A stretch of 30,230 nt of DNA, taken from positions 1-30,230 of the IMG/VR virus record IMGVR_UViG_3300031953_000079. The stretch is one strand, 5' to 3'. A model generated the notes under the pieces. That model made no database searches and was not told the origin of the DNA. It saw nothing but the letters and a program-made list of their open reading frames with translations. Below are positions 1 through 8,992 of this stretch, one piece after another. Position 1 is the stretch's first letter. Each line of letters begins with the position of its first letter. The position numbers were made by a program, and so were the translations under genes. This DNA comes from a virus (lineage: Duplodnaviria; Caudoviricetes).

Positions 1-22
1 AGTAGCCGGAGATTTTTTTCTG

Positions 23-493
23 ATGTATGCAAAGTTTGACCTCCTCGGTGATCCTAATCCTGAAGGGCGTGGTGAGCCGGGCCGGACGGGGCATATTGCT
101 ACCGCCTCAAACGTTAGCAAAATCAGATGCTTAGTGATTACGGGTATGAAAAAGCCCCAGATTGCCAAGCTTCTGGGCATCAGCGTGCCAACTTTGAACA
201 AGCATTATTTTACGAAGCAGTCGATCCGCAACGCGCGGCTCGAAGCCATCAGCGAAATGCAGGGCCGGACGATGTTGCTGCTCGACAAGGCAGCGATGAG
301 CGGATCGGTCTCGGCCATGAAAGAGTTGGGCAAGATCGTGCGTCAAGCTGAGATGGAATGCCTGGCGAGTGATATTCGCAAGCCTGCTCCGGCCCAGAAA
401 CCACTGGGCAAGAAAGAACTGCGCAAGGCGCGCTCCGCACCTGATGGCACCTGGGCGTTTCTAGATCCGAACATGTCGGAGGAAGTGCACTAA
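23..493 (+). CDS. terS: Terminase small subunit (HTH-containing)
   Basis: Directly upstream of terL with TAATG coupling; HTH-like KPQIAKLLGISVPTLNKHY; basic C-terminal tail (KPLGKKELRK). Confidence 0.8.
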   Translation: MYAKFDLLGDPNPEGRGEPGRTGHIATASNVSKIRCLVITGMKKPQIAKLLGISVPTLNKHYFTKQSIRNARLEAISEMQGRTMLLLDKAAMSGSVSAMKELGKIVRQAEMECLASDIRKPAPAQKPLGKKELRKARSAPDGTWAFLDPNMSEEVH

Positions 494-2193
494 TGCCATT
501 CGACTTCGACGGTGATCTGTCTTGCCCCGATTGGGTGGCCAAGCTGAAGGCGGGCGAGACGCCCTTGCCCGAAGTGCCTCTTGACGCTGGCCGGGCCGAC
601 GTCGCCGTTCGTATCTATGACCAGCTGCACCTGCCGGACGTTCCCGGCCAGCCGACATTCGGCGCGGTCGGCGGTGAATGGTTCCGCGATATCCTGCGTG
701 CGCTCTTCGGATGCGTCGATCCTAAGACCAAGATTCGGCAGATCAGTGAGCTGTTCCTGCTGGTGCCCAAGAAGAATTCGAAGACAACCAATTCTGCCGC
801 CCTCGGCCTGATCGCGTTGATGGTCAATGAAGTGCCCAATGCCAAGATGGTCATCATCGGCCCAACGCAGGGCGTGGCTGAGACGTGTTTTTCGCAGCTG
901 CAAGGGATGATCGACGCAGATCCTGAGCTGGCTAAGATGTTTCATGTGCAGGATCACCTGAAAAAGGTGACCTACATTCCGACGGGCGCGAAGCTGTCGA
1001 TCAAGTCGTTTGACATGAGCGTGGTGACGGGCGGTATTCCGGTTTTTGCGATCATCGATGAGCTGCATCTGATGTCATCGCGCGCCTATGCCAAGAAGGT
1101 TATCGGTCAGATCCGGGGCGGCATGAACAAGCCAAACTGCCTGCTGGTGTTCATCACGACCCAGTCTGTCGAAGAACCGGCTGGCATCTTCAGGACCGAG
1201 TTGAATAACGCCCGCGCCGTGCGCGATGGCACGACGCCGTCCGAGGGTCTGCTGGCGGTGCTTTATGAGTTTCCCGAAGAGATGCAGATCGACAAGACGC
1301 GGCCATTTCTCGATCCGGCCTATTGGCCAATGGTCATGCCCAACCTTGGGCGTTCTGTGTTCATCGATCTGCTGGAGCGTGAGTATCGCAAGGCCAAGGC
1401 GAAGGGTGCGGAGGATCTGCAGCTGTGGCTGTCTCAGCATCTGAACATCCAGATCGGTGTGGGTCTGCACTCGGATCGCTGGGCTGGTGCCGATTATTGG
1501 GATGAGACAGTCCAGGACGGGCTCACGCTGTCCGAGATCATGGCGACGTCCGACGTTTGTGTCGTCGGCATCGATGGCGGTGGCCTCGACGATCTGCTGG
1601 GCCTTGCCGTAATCGGCCGGCATCGCGTGACGCGGGCATGGCAACACTGGGCCCGCGCTTGGGTGCAGAAGGAAGTCCTCGCCGATCGCAAAGAGATTGC
1701 GGAGCGGTTGCAGGACTTCGACAGCGCAGGCGAGCTGGTGATCTGCGACGATCTGTCGATCGACATTGAGGAAGTCGCGGATATCTGCGCCGAGCTGAAC
1801 GCCGCGGGCCTGCTGCCTGAGGTTGGCGCAGTCGGTCTCGATCCGGAGGGCGTGGCCGATATTGTCGACGCTCTGGCGCTGCGCGGACTGACGGATGAGC
1901 AGGTTGTGCCGATCAGCCAAGGCTACAAGCTGAACGCGGCGATCAACGGCCTGCCGCGCAAGCTGAAAAAAGGCACGTTCGTGCATTGCGGTCAAACGAT
2001 GATGGCCTGGTGCGTCGGCAACGCAAAGACTGAGCTGCGGGGGAATGCGCGCATGGTGACGAAGCAACGATCCGGGCTGGCCAAGATCGATCCGCTGATG
2101 GCGACATTCGATGCGGCCATGCTGATGAGCCGGAATCCGGAAGCGGCAGGGGGTCCATCGGTGTATGCTGAACGCGGCGCGCTGGTAATCTGA
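493..2193 (+). CDS. terL: Terminase large subunit
   Basis: 566 aa; Walker A variant LLVPKKNSKT, Walker B FAIIDELH, coupling motif FITTQ, nuclease motifs VGIDGGGLDDL and KIDPLMA. Confidence 0.96.
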   Translation: MPFDFDGDLSCPDWVAKLKAGETPLPEVPLDAGRADVAVRIYDQLHLPDVPGQPTFGAVGGEWFRDILRALFGCVDPKTKIRQISELFLLVPKKNSKTTNSAALGLIALMVNEVPNAKMVIIGPTQGVAETCFSQLQGMIDADPELAKMFHVQDHLKKVTYIPTGAKLSIKSFDMSVVTGGIPVFAIIDELHLMSSRAYAKKVIGQIRGGMNKPNCLLVFITTQSVEEPAGIFRTELNNARAVRDGTTPSEGLLAVLYEFPEEMQIDKTRPFLDPAYWPMVMPNLGRSVFIDLLEREYRKAKAKGAEDLQLWLSQHLNIQIGVGLHSDRWAGADYWDETVQDGLTLSEIMATSDVCVVGIDGGGLDDLLGLAVIGRHRVTRAWQHWARAWVQKEVLADRKEIAERLQDFDSAGELVICDDLSIDIEEVADICAELNAAGLLPEVGAVGLDPEGVADIVDALALRGLTDEQVVPISQGYKLNAAINGLPRKLKKGTFVHCGQTMMAWCVGNAKTELRGNARMVTKQRSGLAKIDPLMATFDAAMLMSRNPEAAGGPSVYAERGALVI

Positions 2194-3449
2194 TGGGCCT
2201 GTTCAATTGGCTCACCGCGCCGCGTAATGCGGTCCAAGATAAAAACGGTGGGAAGGCCATCACCAGCACCGCAGATCTGGAAGCCGCCATTCGGCAGATC
2301 AGCATGGGCAGTTCTTCTGGTGTCGCGGTCACGACCACAAGCGCAATGCGCGTTGCTGCGGTTTATGGATGTGTTCGCCTGATCTCTGGCGCGGTGGCAA
2401 ACCTGCCTGTGCATGTGATGGAGCGGGTAGACGAAACAACACGCAAAGAGCGGACCGATCATCCCCTATCGAAGGTGCTGCGCCGCAAACCCAACAGCTG
2501 GCAGACGCCATCTCAGTTCAAGAGAATGATGCAGGCGCATCTGCTTTTGCGCGGAAATGGATACGCTCAGATTGTTCGTTCACGAGACCGGGTGATTGCT
2601 CTCAATCCGCTCGACCCAGACCGGATGACCGTGACGCAGGCCGACGATCTGACGCTGAAGTATGTCTATCAACGGCGCAATGGCACGAAGGTTGTTCTGC
2701 CATCAAATACGGTGATGCACCTGGTTGGTCTGACCCTTGACGGAATTACAGGCGTTTCGGTGATGACTTACGCCAGAGAGGCGATTGGTCTGAGCATCGC
2801 GCAGGAGCGTCACGGTGCCACGACATTCAAGAATGGTGCCCGGCCCAGTTCGGTTCTGACGCATCCGGAAAAGTTGAGCAAAGAGGCGCAGGATAACCTG
2901 CGTTCCAGCCTCGATGCATTCCGTGCTGGTGGGGAGAGCGAGGGAACGGCGCTTATTCTCGAAGAGGGAATGACCGTTAACGACATGTCCATGACCGCGA
3001 CCGATGCGCAGTGGATCGAAAGCCGCAAGTTTTCGCGTGGGGATATCGCCATGTTCTTCGGTGTGCCGCCGCACATGATCGGTGACACCGACAAGGCATC
3101 CAGCTGGGGAACGGGGGTCGAGCATCAGTCGATCGGTTTTGTCACCTACACGTTGGAAGACCACCTGATCGCTTGGGAAGAAACCGTCAATCGCGATCTC
3201 ATCGCCGACAGTGAAGGCGATATCTACACGCGGTTCAACCGCAAGGCGCTTGTTCGAGGCGACATCAAGACGCGAACTGACCACTACACCCGAATGCTTC
3301 AGTGGGGTGTCTACAGCCCCAACGATGTGTTGCGGATGGAAGACCTCAATCCGCGGGATGGCGGCGATATCTATTACAGCCCGCCAAACACTGCAGGCTC
3401 CAAAGAGGGCGAAGAAGGAGAAGACGATGACGATCCGAACACTGCCTGA
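2193..3449 (+). CDS. Phage portal protein, HK97 family
   Basis: 418 aa; AVYGCVRLIS, LLLRGNGYA, IAMFFGVPPHMIG and SPNDVLRMEDLNP motifs; follows terL. Confidence 0.96.
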   Translation: MGLFNWLTAPRNAVQDKNGGKAITSTADLEAAIRQISMGSSSGVAVTTTSAMRVAAVYGCVRLISGAVANLPVHVMERVDETTRKERTDHPLSKVLRRKPNSWQTPSQFKRMMQAHLLLRGNGYAQIVRSRDRVIALNPLDPDRMTVTQADDLTLKYVYQRRNGTKVVLPSNTVMHLVGLTLDGITGVSVMTYAREAIGLSIAQERHGATTFKNGARPSSVLTHPEKLSKEAQDNLRSSLDAFRAGGESEGTALILEEGMTVNDMSMTATDAQWIESRKFSRGDIAMFFGVPPHMIGDTDKASSWGTGVEHQSIGFVTYTLEDHLIAWEETVNRDLIADSEGDIYTRFNRKALVRGDIKTRTDHYTRMLQWGVYSPNDVLRMEDLNPRDGGDIYYSPPNTAGSKEGEEGEDDDDPNTA

Positions 3450-4278
3450 AGCCAAGACATTTCAGCGGCCCCAGAATTTCCAGTGGGATGCGCCGACGGA
3501 CGTGCTGGCCCGCTGGGCTGCAACACCGATGGCCGATGCCGCTGACGACGCGACCACAATCACCATGTTCGAGGTCATTGGTGAGGACTTCTGGACCGGC
3601 GGAGGCGTTACTGCAAAACGCGTCTCCGCTGCGCTGCGCTCGATCGGAAACAAGGACGTGACCGTCAAGATCAATTCGCCCGGCGGCGACATGTTTGAGG
3701 GCATCGCGATCTACAACCTTCTGCGCAAGCATCCTGCGAAGATCACCGTCGAAGTCATGGGATGGGCCGCGTCTGCGGCATCGATCATTGCCATGGCCGG
3801 TGATGAGGTCCGGATGGGATTGGGCACCTTCATGATGGTGCACAATGCCTGGGGCGGTGTGATCGGGAACCGCCACGACATGCGCGATGCGGCAGAGATG
3901 TTCGATGGTTTCGACAGCGCGATTGCCGATATCTATGAAGCGCGCACAGAGCAACCTCGCAAGGCGATCACGGATCTAATGGACGCAGAGACGTTTATGG
4001 GCCCGAAGGATGCCGTCGCAAAAGGTTTTGCCGACAGTGTCGATGAGGGCCTCTCGCTGCCGGACGATGATGACGCACAGAATGCGGCGCAGCGGCCAAT
4101 CAACGCCGTGCGTCAGCTCGACGCCATTTTGGCGCAACAAGGAATGTCCCGGGGTGAACGCCGTAGCTTCATCCAAGACGTCAAGACCGGCACGCGCAAC
4201 GCTGCCGACCCTGCCATGCAAGACGCTGGCGCTTTCGCATCGGCAGCCCAATCGCTGCTTCAATCCCTTAAATCGTAA
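3427..4278 (+). CDS. ClpP-like (S14) prohead maturation protease
   Basis: INSPGGDMFEG, catalytic Ser in AASAASII, His in MMVHNAW, ETFM motif; start moved to ATG 3427 (AAGGAG upstream), overlapping the portal end. Confidence 0.93.
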   Translation: MTIRTLPEAKTFQRPQNFQWDAPTDVLARWAATPMADAADDATTITMFEVIGEDFWTGGGVTAKRVSAALRSIGNKDVTVKINSPGGDMFEGIAIYNLLRKHPAKITVEVMGWAASAASIIAMAGDEVRMGLGTFMMVHNAWGGVIGNRHDMRDAAEMFDGFDSAIADIYEARTEQPRKAITDLMDAETFMGPKDAVAKGFADSVDEGLSLPDDDDAQNAAQRPINAVRQLDAILAQQGMSRGERRSFIQDVKTGTRNAADPAMQDAGAFASAAQSLLQSLKS

Positions 4279-4287
4279 GGAAAAACG

Positions 4288-5580
4288 ATGAATAAGATGA
4301 TCAATCCCGCGCGTCTGCGCGGCTTCGCGGTTGCGCGCGCAGATGCCAGCAACCCAACGCAAATCCTGAACGACATGAAAGTGGCGTTTGAGGAATTCAA
4401 GGCGGCGAACAACAAGGAACTCGCCGACCTCAAAAAGGGCGCAGGCGACTACGTCCAGACCGAGAAGGTCGACAAGATTAACGCCGAGATCACCTCGCTG
4501 CAAAAATCGCTGGACGCGGTGAATGCGGGCATTTCTGCCATGCAGATCGGCGGGGGCGGAGGCATCAATACCGACCCCGCAGTTGCGGAACACACGCAAG
4601 CTTTCAACAAGTGGTTCCGCAAGGGCGATCGGGCCATCGACGCAGATATGCGCGACCTCGAAGTCAAGGCGGCGCTGACGACTGACAGCGATGATGACGG
4701 CGGCTTTCTGGTGCCAGAAGAGATGGCGAACACCGTCGACCGTGTCGTCGGCACGGTTTCGGTCATGCGCGAGATTGCCCAGGTGATGACCATCTCGACT
4801 GACAGCTACAAGAAGCTGGTCAGCATGGGCGGTGCCGGTTCGGGCTGGGTCGGGGAAAAAGAGGCGCGCCCTGAAACAGCCACGCCCACGCTGCGCGAGC
4901 TGGTCTTCAACATGATGGAGATCTACGCAAACCCGGCGGCCACGCAAAAGATGCTGGACGACTCGCGTGTTGATATTGCGGAGTGGCTCGGCAGCGAGGT
5001 CGCGATCGAGTTTGCCGAGCAGGAAGGTGCGGCCTTCATCGGTGGCGATGGTGTCAACCGTCCGCGCGGCGTGCTGGCCTACGACAAGGTTGCCAATGGC
5101 AGCTATGGTTGGGGCAAGCTCGGTTATGTTCCATCTGGTAAGGCCGGTGGATTTGCTGATGTCACGGCGGCCGTCAGCCCTGCAGATGCGCTGATCGATA
5201 CTTACTATGCCCTCAAACAGCAATACCGCAACGGTGCCAGCTGGCTGATGTCGGACCCGACCATGGGCGCAGTTCGTAAGTTCAAGGACAATGACGGCGC
5301 CTATATCTGGCAATCGCCGTCGGGCACGGCAGAGCTGCCGACAATCCTGAACAAGCCGGTCCGCACCGATGACAACATGGAGAATGTCGCGGCTGGCAAG
5401 TTCCCGATCGCGTTCGGTAACTTTGAGCGTGGCTATCTGATTGTTGACCGGTTCGGCATCCGTGTTCTGCGCGATCCCTACACCAACAAGCCCTATGTGC
5501 ATTTCTTCACGACCAAGCGCGTCGGTGGCGGTGTGCAGAACTTTGAGGCGATCAAGCTGACCAAGATCGGCACGTCCTGA
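4288..5580 (+). CDS. Major capsid protein, HK97 fold
   Basis: 430 aa; N-terminal coiled-coil delta domain, DGGFLVPEE, AFIGGDGVNRPRG, IAFGNF and RVGGGV motifs; RBS AAGGA. Confidence 0.96.
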   Translation: MNKMINPARLRGFAVARADASNPTQILNDMKVAFEEFKAANNKELADLKKGAGDYVQTEKVDKINAEITSLQKSLDAVNAGISAMQIGGGGGINTDPAVAEHTQAFNKWFRKGDRAIDADMRDLEVKAALTTDSDDDGGFLVPEEMANTVDRVVGTVSVMREIAQVMTISTDSYKKLVSMGGAGSGWVGEKEARPETATPTLRELVFNMMEIYANPAATQKMLDDSRVDIAEWLGSEVAIEFAEQEGAAFIGGDGVNRPRGVLAYDKVANGSYGWGKLGYVPSGKAGGFADVTAAVSPADALIDTYYALKQQYRNGASWLMSDPTMGAVRKFKDNDGAYIWQSPSGTAELPTILNKPVRTDDNMENVAAGKFPIAFGNFERGYLIVDRFGIRVLRDPYTNKPYVHFFTTKRVGGGVQNFEAIKLTKIGTS

Positions 5581-5614
5581 TCTTCTGACCATGTCAGAGA
5601 TTTGATTGACCAGT

Positions 5615-5640
5615 GGGGCGACAGGGGTCGCCCCTTTCTT
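5615..5640 (+). terminator. Probable rho-independent terminator after the capsid gene
   Basis: Perfect 8-bp stem GGGGCGAC-AGGG-GTCGCCCC followed by TTTCTT. Confidence 0.65.
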
Positions 5641-5667
5641 ACATCACACTCAATATAGGAGGGTCTC

Positions 5668-6054
5668 ATGAAAGACCTCATCTCCAAACTGGGCCCGGTC
5701 ATTGCGCTGGCTCCCGCAGTGGTTTCGGCCACGGCAACCGGCGCAGCCATCGACCTTCAGGGGTTCAACTCAGCTGCGATCATCGTCAGCACAGGCGCCA
5801 TCGTGGCGTCGGGTGATTTCACTACGACAGTGCAAGAATCGGACACCACGACAAGCGGAGACTTTGCTGATGTCGCGGCTGCCGATCTGGCGGGTTCTCT
5901 GCCTGCTTCACTCGCAGCCGACAGCACCTACAAGGTCGGCTATACGGGCACCAAGCGGTATATTCGCACCGTGACGACCAAGAACTCGGGCACGTCTATT
6001 GCTGCCTCGATCTTGGTGGTCAAAGGCCATCCGACCGATGCGCCTGTCGCCTGA
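5668..6054 (+). CDS. Putative capsid cement/decoration protein
   Basis: 128 aa, beta-strand rich, KRYIRTV motif near the C-terminus; strong RBS AGGAGG; directly after the capsid gene. Confidence 0.6.
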   Translation: MKDLISKLGPVIALAPAVVSATATGAAIDLQGFNSAAIIVSTGAIVASGDFTTTVQESDTTTSGDFADVAAADLAGSLPASLAADSTYKVGYTGTKRYIRTVTTKNSGTSIAASILVVKGHPTDAPVA

Positions 6055-6067
6055 TCAATTTCCGAAG

Positions 6068-6090
6068 GAGAGCGGCTCAGCGCCGCTCTC
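6068..6090 (+). other. Intergenic hairpin (weak terminator or mRNA-stability element)
   Basis: 9-bp stem GAGAGCGGC-TCAGC-GCCGCTCTC without a clear U-tract. Confidence 0.45.
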
Positions 6091-6117
6091 TCTGCAAGCT
6101 GATCGGAGTGCAATGAG

Positions 6118-6699
6118 ATGTTGATCACTAAACCCATTCGCATCACGCCGCCGTCCGAGCCGGTCATCTCGCTGGCTGAGATGAAGGACCATGCGCGCGT
6201 CGATTTCTCGGAGGATGATTACCTGCTTTCGACCTATGTGAGCGCGGCCATCGATCATATCGACGGATATTCGGGTATCTTGGGCCGGTGCCTGGTGTCT
6301 CAGGTTTGGCAGGTCAAGCTTGAGAGTTGGCCCGCGGGAGCGCTGCGCCTGCCGTTCCCGGACGTTTCCGCGATCGGGATTTCCTATGTCGACGCCGCCG
6401 AGGTGACGCAGCAAGTTGCAGCTGCGGATGTCGAGTTGGTTGAGGGCGTGCTTGGCACCGAGGTACGGTTCAAAAGCACCTTCGCGCGGCCTGGTCTGTC
6501 TGCCGCGACAGACCAGCCAATCAGCGTGACCATGACGGCGGGGTATGGGGCCGCAACAGAGGTGCCGCACGCGATCAAGGTAGCAATCATGCTGCTGGCG
6601 GCGCATTGGTATGAGTTTCGCGAGGCCAGCGGTAAAGGTGGCAGCCTGCCATTCGGCGTCAATGCGCTTCTGACGCCCTATCGGCGGATCTGCGTATGA
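6118..6699 (+). CDS. Head-tail connector (HK97 gp6 / phiE125 gp8-like)
   Basis: EPVISLAEMKDHARVD ... VPHAIKVAIMLLAAHWYEFRE ... LLTPYR pattern. Confidence 0.9.
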   Translation: MLITKPIRITPPSEPVISLAEMKDHARVDFSEDDYLLSTYVSAAIDHIDGYSGILGRCLVSQVWQVKLESWPAGALRLPFPDVSAIGISYVDAAEVTQQVAAADVELVEGVLGTEVRFKSTFARPGLSAATDQPISVTMTAGYGAATEVPHAIKVAIMLLAAHWYEFREASGKGGSLPFGVNALLTPYRRICV

Positions 6700-7028
6700 C
6701 TGCGGGCCGTCTGGACCGGCTGATCCAGTTCCAAAGGTTCACCGAAGACGATGACGGGTTCAGCGTCACAGAACTTTGGGCGGATCATGGCGGCCGAATT
6801 CGGGCCAGCAAGTCCGATGTGAGCGACACTGAGCGGTTTCGGGCGGCTGAAGTATCGGCGTCGATCACGTCCCGGTTCACAGTCCGGTGGTCGAGCTTCA
6901 CGGCAGATATTTCGCCGAAGGATCGGCTGATCTGCGAAGGAGAGACATATGAGATCGTCGGCAAGAAGGAAGGCAGGGGGCGGCGACAATGGTTCGAGCT
7001 GACCTGCGCGGCGCGCACGGATGACTGA
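6696..7028 (+). CDS. Head closure / head-tail adaptor (SPP1 gp16-like)
   Basis: AGRLDRLIQFQ, RFTVRW, DRLICEGETYEI motifs; ATGA coupling. Confidence 0.9.
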   Translation: MTAGRLDRLIQFQRFTEDDDGFSVTELWADHGGRIRASKSDVSDTERFRAAEVSASITSRFTVRWSSFTADISPKDRLICEGETYEIVGKKEGRGRRQWFELTCAARTDD

Positions 7029-7479
7029 GACGGTCCAACTATACGGTTTTAAGGAGTTGGAGGCTGAACTCGAAAAGCTGTCAAAGGCGGCGGGCAAGGG
7101 TGCGTTGCGGCGCGCGCTGAAAAAATCGGCGCAGCCCATGGCAGACCTGATGGAGAATTTGGCGCCGCGCGGTGACACGTCGAGCGATGATCTGGCCGAT
7201 TCCATTGCGGTCAGCACGAAGCTGAGCGCGCGCCAAAAGAGCATCCATAAAAAGATGTTTCGCGACGATAAGGCATCGGTGGAAATGTTTGTCGGCCCCG
7301 GCCCAGACCCGGCTGCGTGGAACCAAGAGTTTGGCAACATCAACCATGGCCCTCAGTCGTTTGTGCGCCCGGCATGGGATCAGGACCGGATGCATCTTCT
7401 GGATCGTCTGGGGCAGGAATTGTGGCGCGAGGTGTCAAAAAGCATCGCGCGCGCTGAGGCGAGGGCCGCGAAGGGGTAA
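7021..7479 (+). CDS. HK97 gp10-family tail completion protein
   Basis: GFKELEAELEKL, APRGD, QEFGN and QSFVRPAWD motifs. Confidence 0.88.
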   Translation: MTETVQLYGFKELEAELEKLSKAAGKGALRRALKKSAQPMADLMENLAPRGDTSSDDLADSIAVSTKLSARQKSIHKKMFRDDKASVEMFVGPGPDPAAWNQEFGNINHGPQSFVRPAWDQDRMHLLDRLGQELWREVSKSIARAEARAAKG

Positions 7480-7482
7480 GTA

Positions 7483-7869
7483 ATGGAAGAAGAACTTCGT
7501 GCGCTCCTGAAGGCGGACGCTGCAACAGCGGCGCTTGTCGGGTCGCGCATTGACTGGGGGGTGCGCCCGCAAGGGAAGCCACTCCCCGCGGTGGTGATGA
7601 ATGTCATTTCGGACGCCGAGGATTATCATATGAACGGCCCCAACGGGCTATTCCAGGGCCGTGTGCAAGTCGATTGCTACGGCCTGACCTATGTAGCCGC
7701 GAAAGCGGTTTCACGCGCTGTGAGGACAGCATTGCACACCTATCGTGGCGGAAAGTTTCAGTTGATCCTGCATGTTTCAACGCGAGACAGCCGCGAAGGC
7801 GGCACTAACGAAGCTGAGCGACCCTTTCGCGTCGGCATGGACTTTACCACAGCATGGAGGGCCAATTGA
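7483..7869 (+). CDS. Tail terminator (DUF3168-like)
   Basis: LVGSRIDWGVRPQG, PAVVMNVIS and RVQVDCYG motifs; canonical position before the tail tube. Confidence 0.85.
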   Translation: MEEELRALLKADAATAALVGSRIDWGVRPQGKPLPAVVMNVISDAEDYHMNGPNGLFQGRVQVDCYGLTYVAAKAVSRAVRTALHTYRGGKFQLILHVSTRDSREGGTNEAERPFRVGMDFTTAWRAN

Positions 7870-8348
7870 TGGCACAGAAAGCATTTGCAGGCCAAATCGC
7901 TTACGACTGGGAACTCTGGATCGGGCGCGAAGCCACGCCGGGCGCCGGTTCCCACACTTTCACGCAGATTTTCGGCTTTGAAAGCCTGCCTTTTCCTGAG
8001 CAGGTGCCAGAGGATATCGACGTAACGCACATGCAGTCTCCGGGCCGCACGCGCGAAACCACGCCGGGCCTTTTGCCGGTGGCCGATTGGTCGCAGGAAA
8101 AGCAGTATTGGGCTGCTGATCCCGGCGACGTGATCCTTGATGCGTTGTCAGATTTGACGGCGGCGGGTACGAAAGAGGAAATTCTGATTGAGTTCAACCT
8201 TGATCCTGCTGGCACATCGGCGCGCCGCACTTATCGCGGCTATGTCAACAGCTTCACGCCGACCGGCTCGGTGGGTGATAAGGCGATGGCAGCCCTCGCG
8301 GTTAAGATCCTCGATCGCCAAGCGACTGACCCACGGGTAATCGCATGA
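7869..8348 (+). CDS. Tail tube (major tail) protein
   Basis: EDIDVTHMQSPGRTRETTPGL motif; start moved to the TGATG-coupled ATG at 7869. Confidence 0.88.
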   Translation: MAQKAFAGQIAYDWELWIGREATPGAGSHTFTQIFGFESLPFPEQVPEDIDVTHMQSPGRTRETTPGLLPVADWSQEKQYWAADPGDVILDALSDLTAAGTKEEILIEFNLDPAGTSARRTYRGYVNSFTPTGSVGDKAMAALAVKILDRQATDPRVIA

Positions 8349-8701
8349 CCGGCCACGCTCAAGGTAGCCTAAAGGTCACGGCGGGCGGCAAGGAATACAC
8401 GCTGTTTGTCGGAATGAGCGTCTTGGCTGATCTGCAAGCGAAGCATGGGCAGGACGTGCTGGAAAAGCTGGACGCACCAGCAGGCGCGGGCAAGTCATGG
8501 ATGCCGGATCTTGGCATCGTGACTGACCTGTTTATGGGTGCGCTTGGCCGGTATCACGGCGAAGAGGCCGACCGCTGGATTGTCGATGACATCATCGCCG
8601 AGAACGCCGACGCCTTGCCGCAATTGATGGGCGCCAGCTTCCCCGATACCCCGAAGGGCAAACCTGCGGGAAACGCGAAGAGGCCGAAGGCAGCGGCCTA
8701 G
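8345..8701 (+). CDS. Tail assembly chaperone (gpG-like)
   Basis: 118 aa between tube and tape measure; in-frame slippery heptamer G GGA AAC at 8668-8674. Confidence 0.85.
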   Translation: MTGHAQGSLKVTAGGKEYTLFVGMSVLADLQAKHGQDVLEKLDAPAGAGKSWMPDLGIVTDLFMGALGRYHGEEADRWIVDDIIAENADALPQLMGASFPDTPKGKPAGNAKRPKAAA

Positions 8702-8979
8702 ATTTACCTGACCTTTTAAAACACTACATCGCGGCGGGTTTCGATCCGGCGCGATTTTGGGACATCACGCCCCGGCTATTCTCAACAGAAATGGAAGGCG
8801 CGGCGCTGCGCTCAGAAAACCGTCGCGCTGAGATATGGATGACAGCGATGCTGCCGCACATGGAAAAGCCGATTCCGTTTCAGGAATTTGTGAAGGGCGA
8901 GAAAGACAAGCGGGCCGAATTGCTCAAGTGTCTGGCTCAATGGGATGCCGTCGACCGGGCGCTAGGCCGGACGCATTAG
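8668..8979 (+). CDS. Tail assembly chaperone T segment, reached by -1 frameshift (gpGT-like)
   Basis: The -1 frame is open from 8668 to TAG at 8979 (GKREEAEGSGLDLPDLLKHYIAAGFDPARFWDITPRLFSTEM...) and is continuous with listed ORF 8791..8979. Confidence 0.85.
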   Translation, partial: GKREEAEGSGLDLPDLLKHYIAAGFDPARFWDITPRLFSTEMEGAALRSENRRAEIWMTAMLPHMEKPIPFQEFVKGEKDKRAELLKCLAQWDAVDRALGRTH

Positions 8980-8992
8980 TGCCGCGCCAAAC

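Noticed and set aside
754-790. Terminase Walker A lacking the canonical GKT (PKKNSKT) as a sign of inactivation
   Set aside because: This variant occurs in this terminase group and the other ATPase and nuclease motifs are intact
3211-3426. Long N-terminal extension of the ClpP-like ORF in the ORF track
   Set aside because: Overlaps the portal gene by more than 200 nt; ATG 3427 has a good RBS and gives a typical length
3976-5592. 538-aa antisense ORF over the capsid gene (likewise 1075-2067, 10457-11605, 19424-20554 and 27733-28677)
   Set aside because: Shadow ORFs expected from high-GC codon bias opposite well-supported genes; no recognisable motifs
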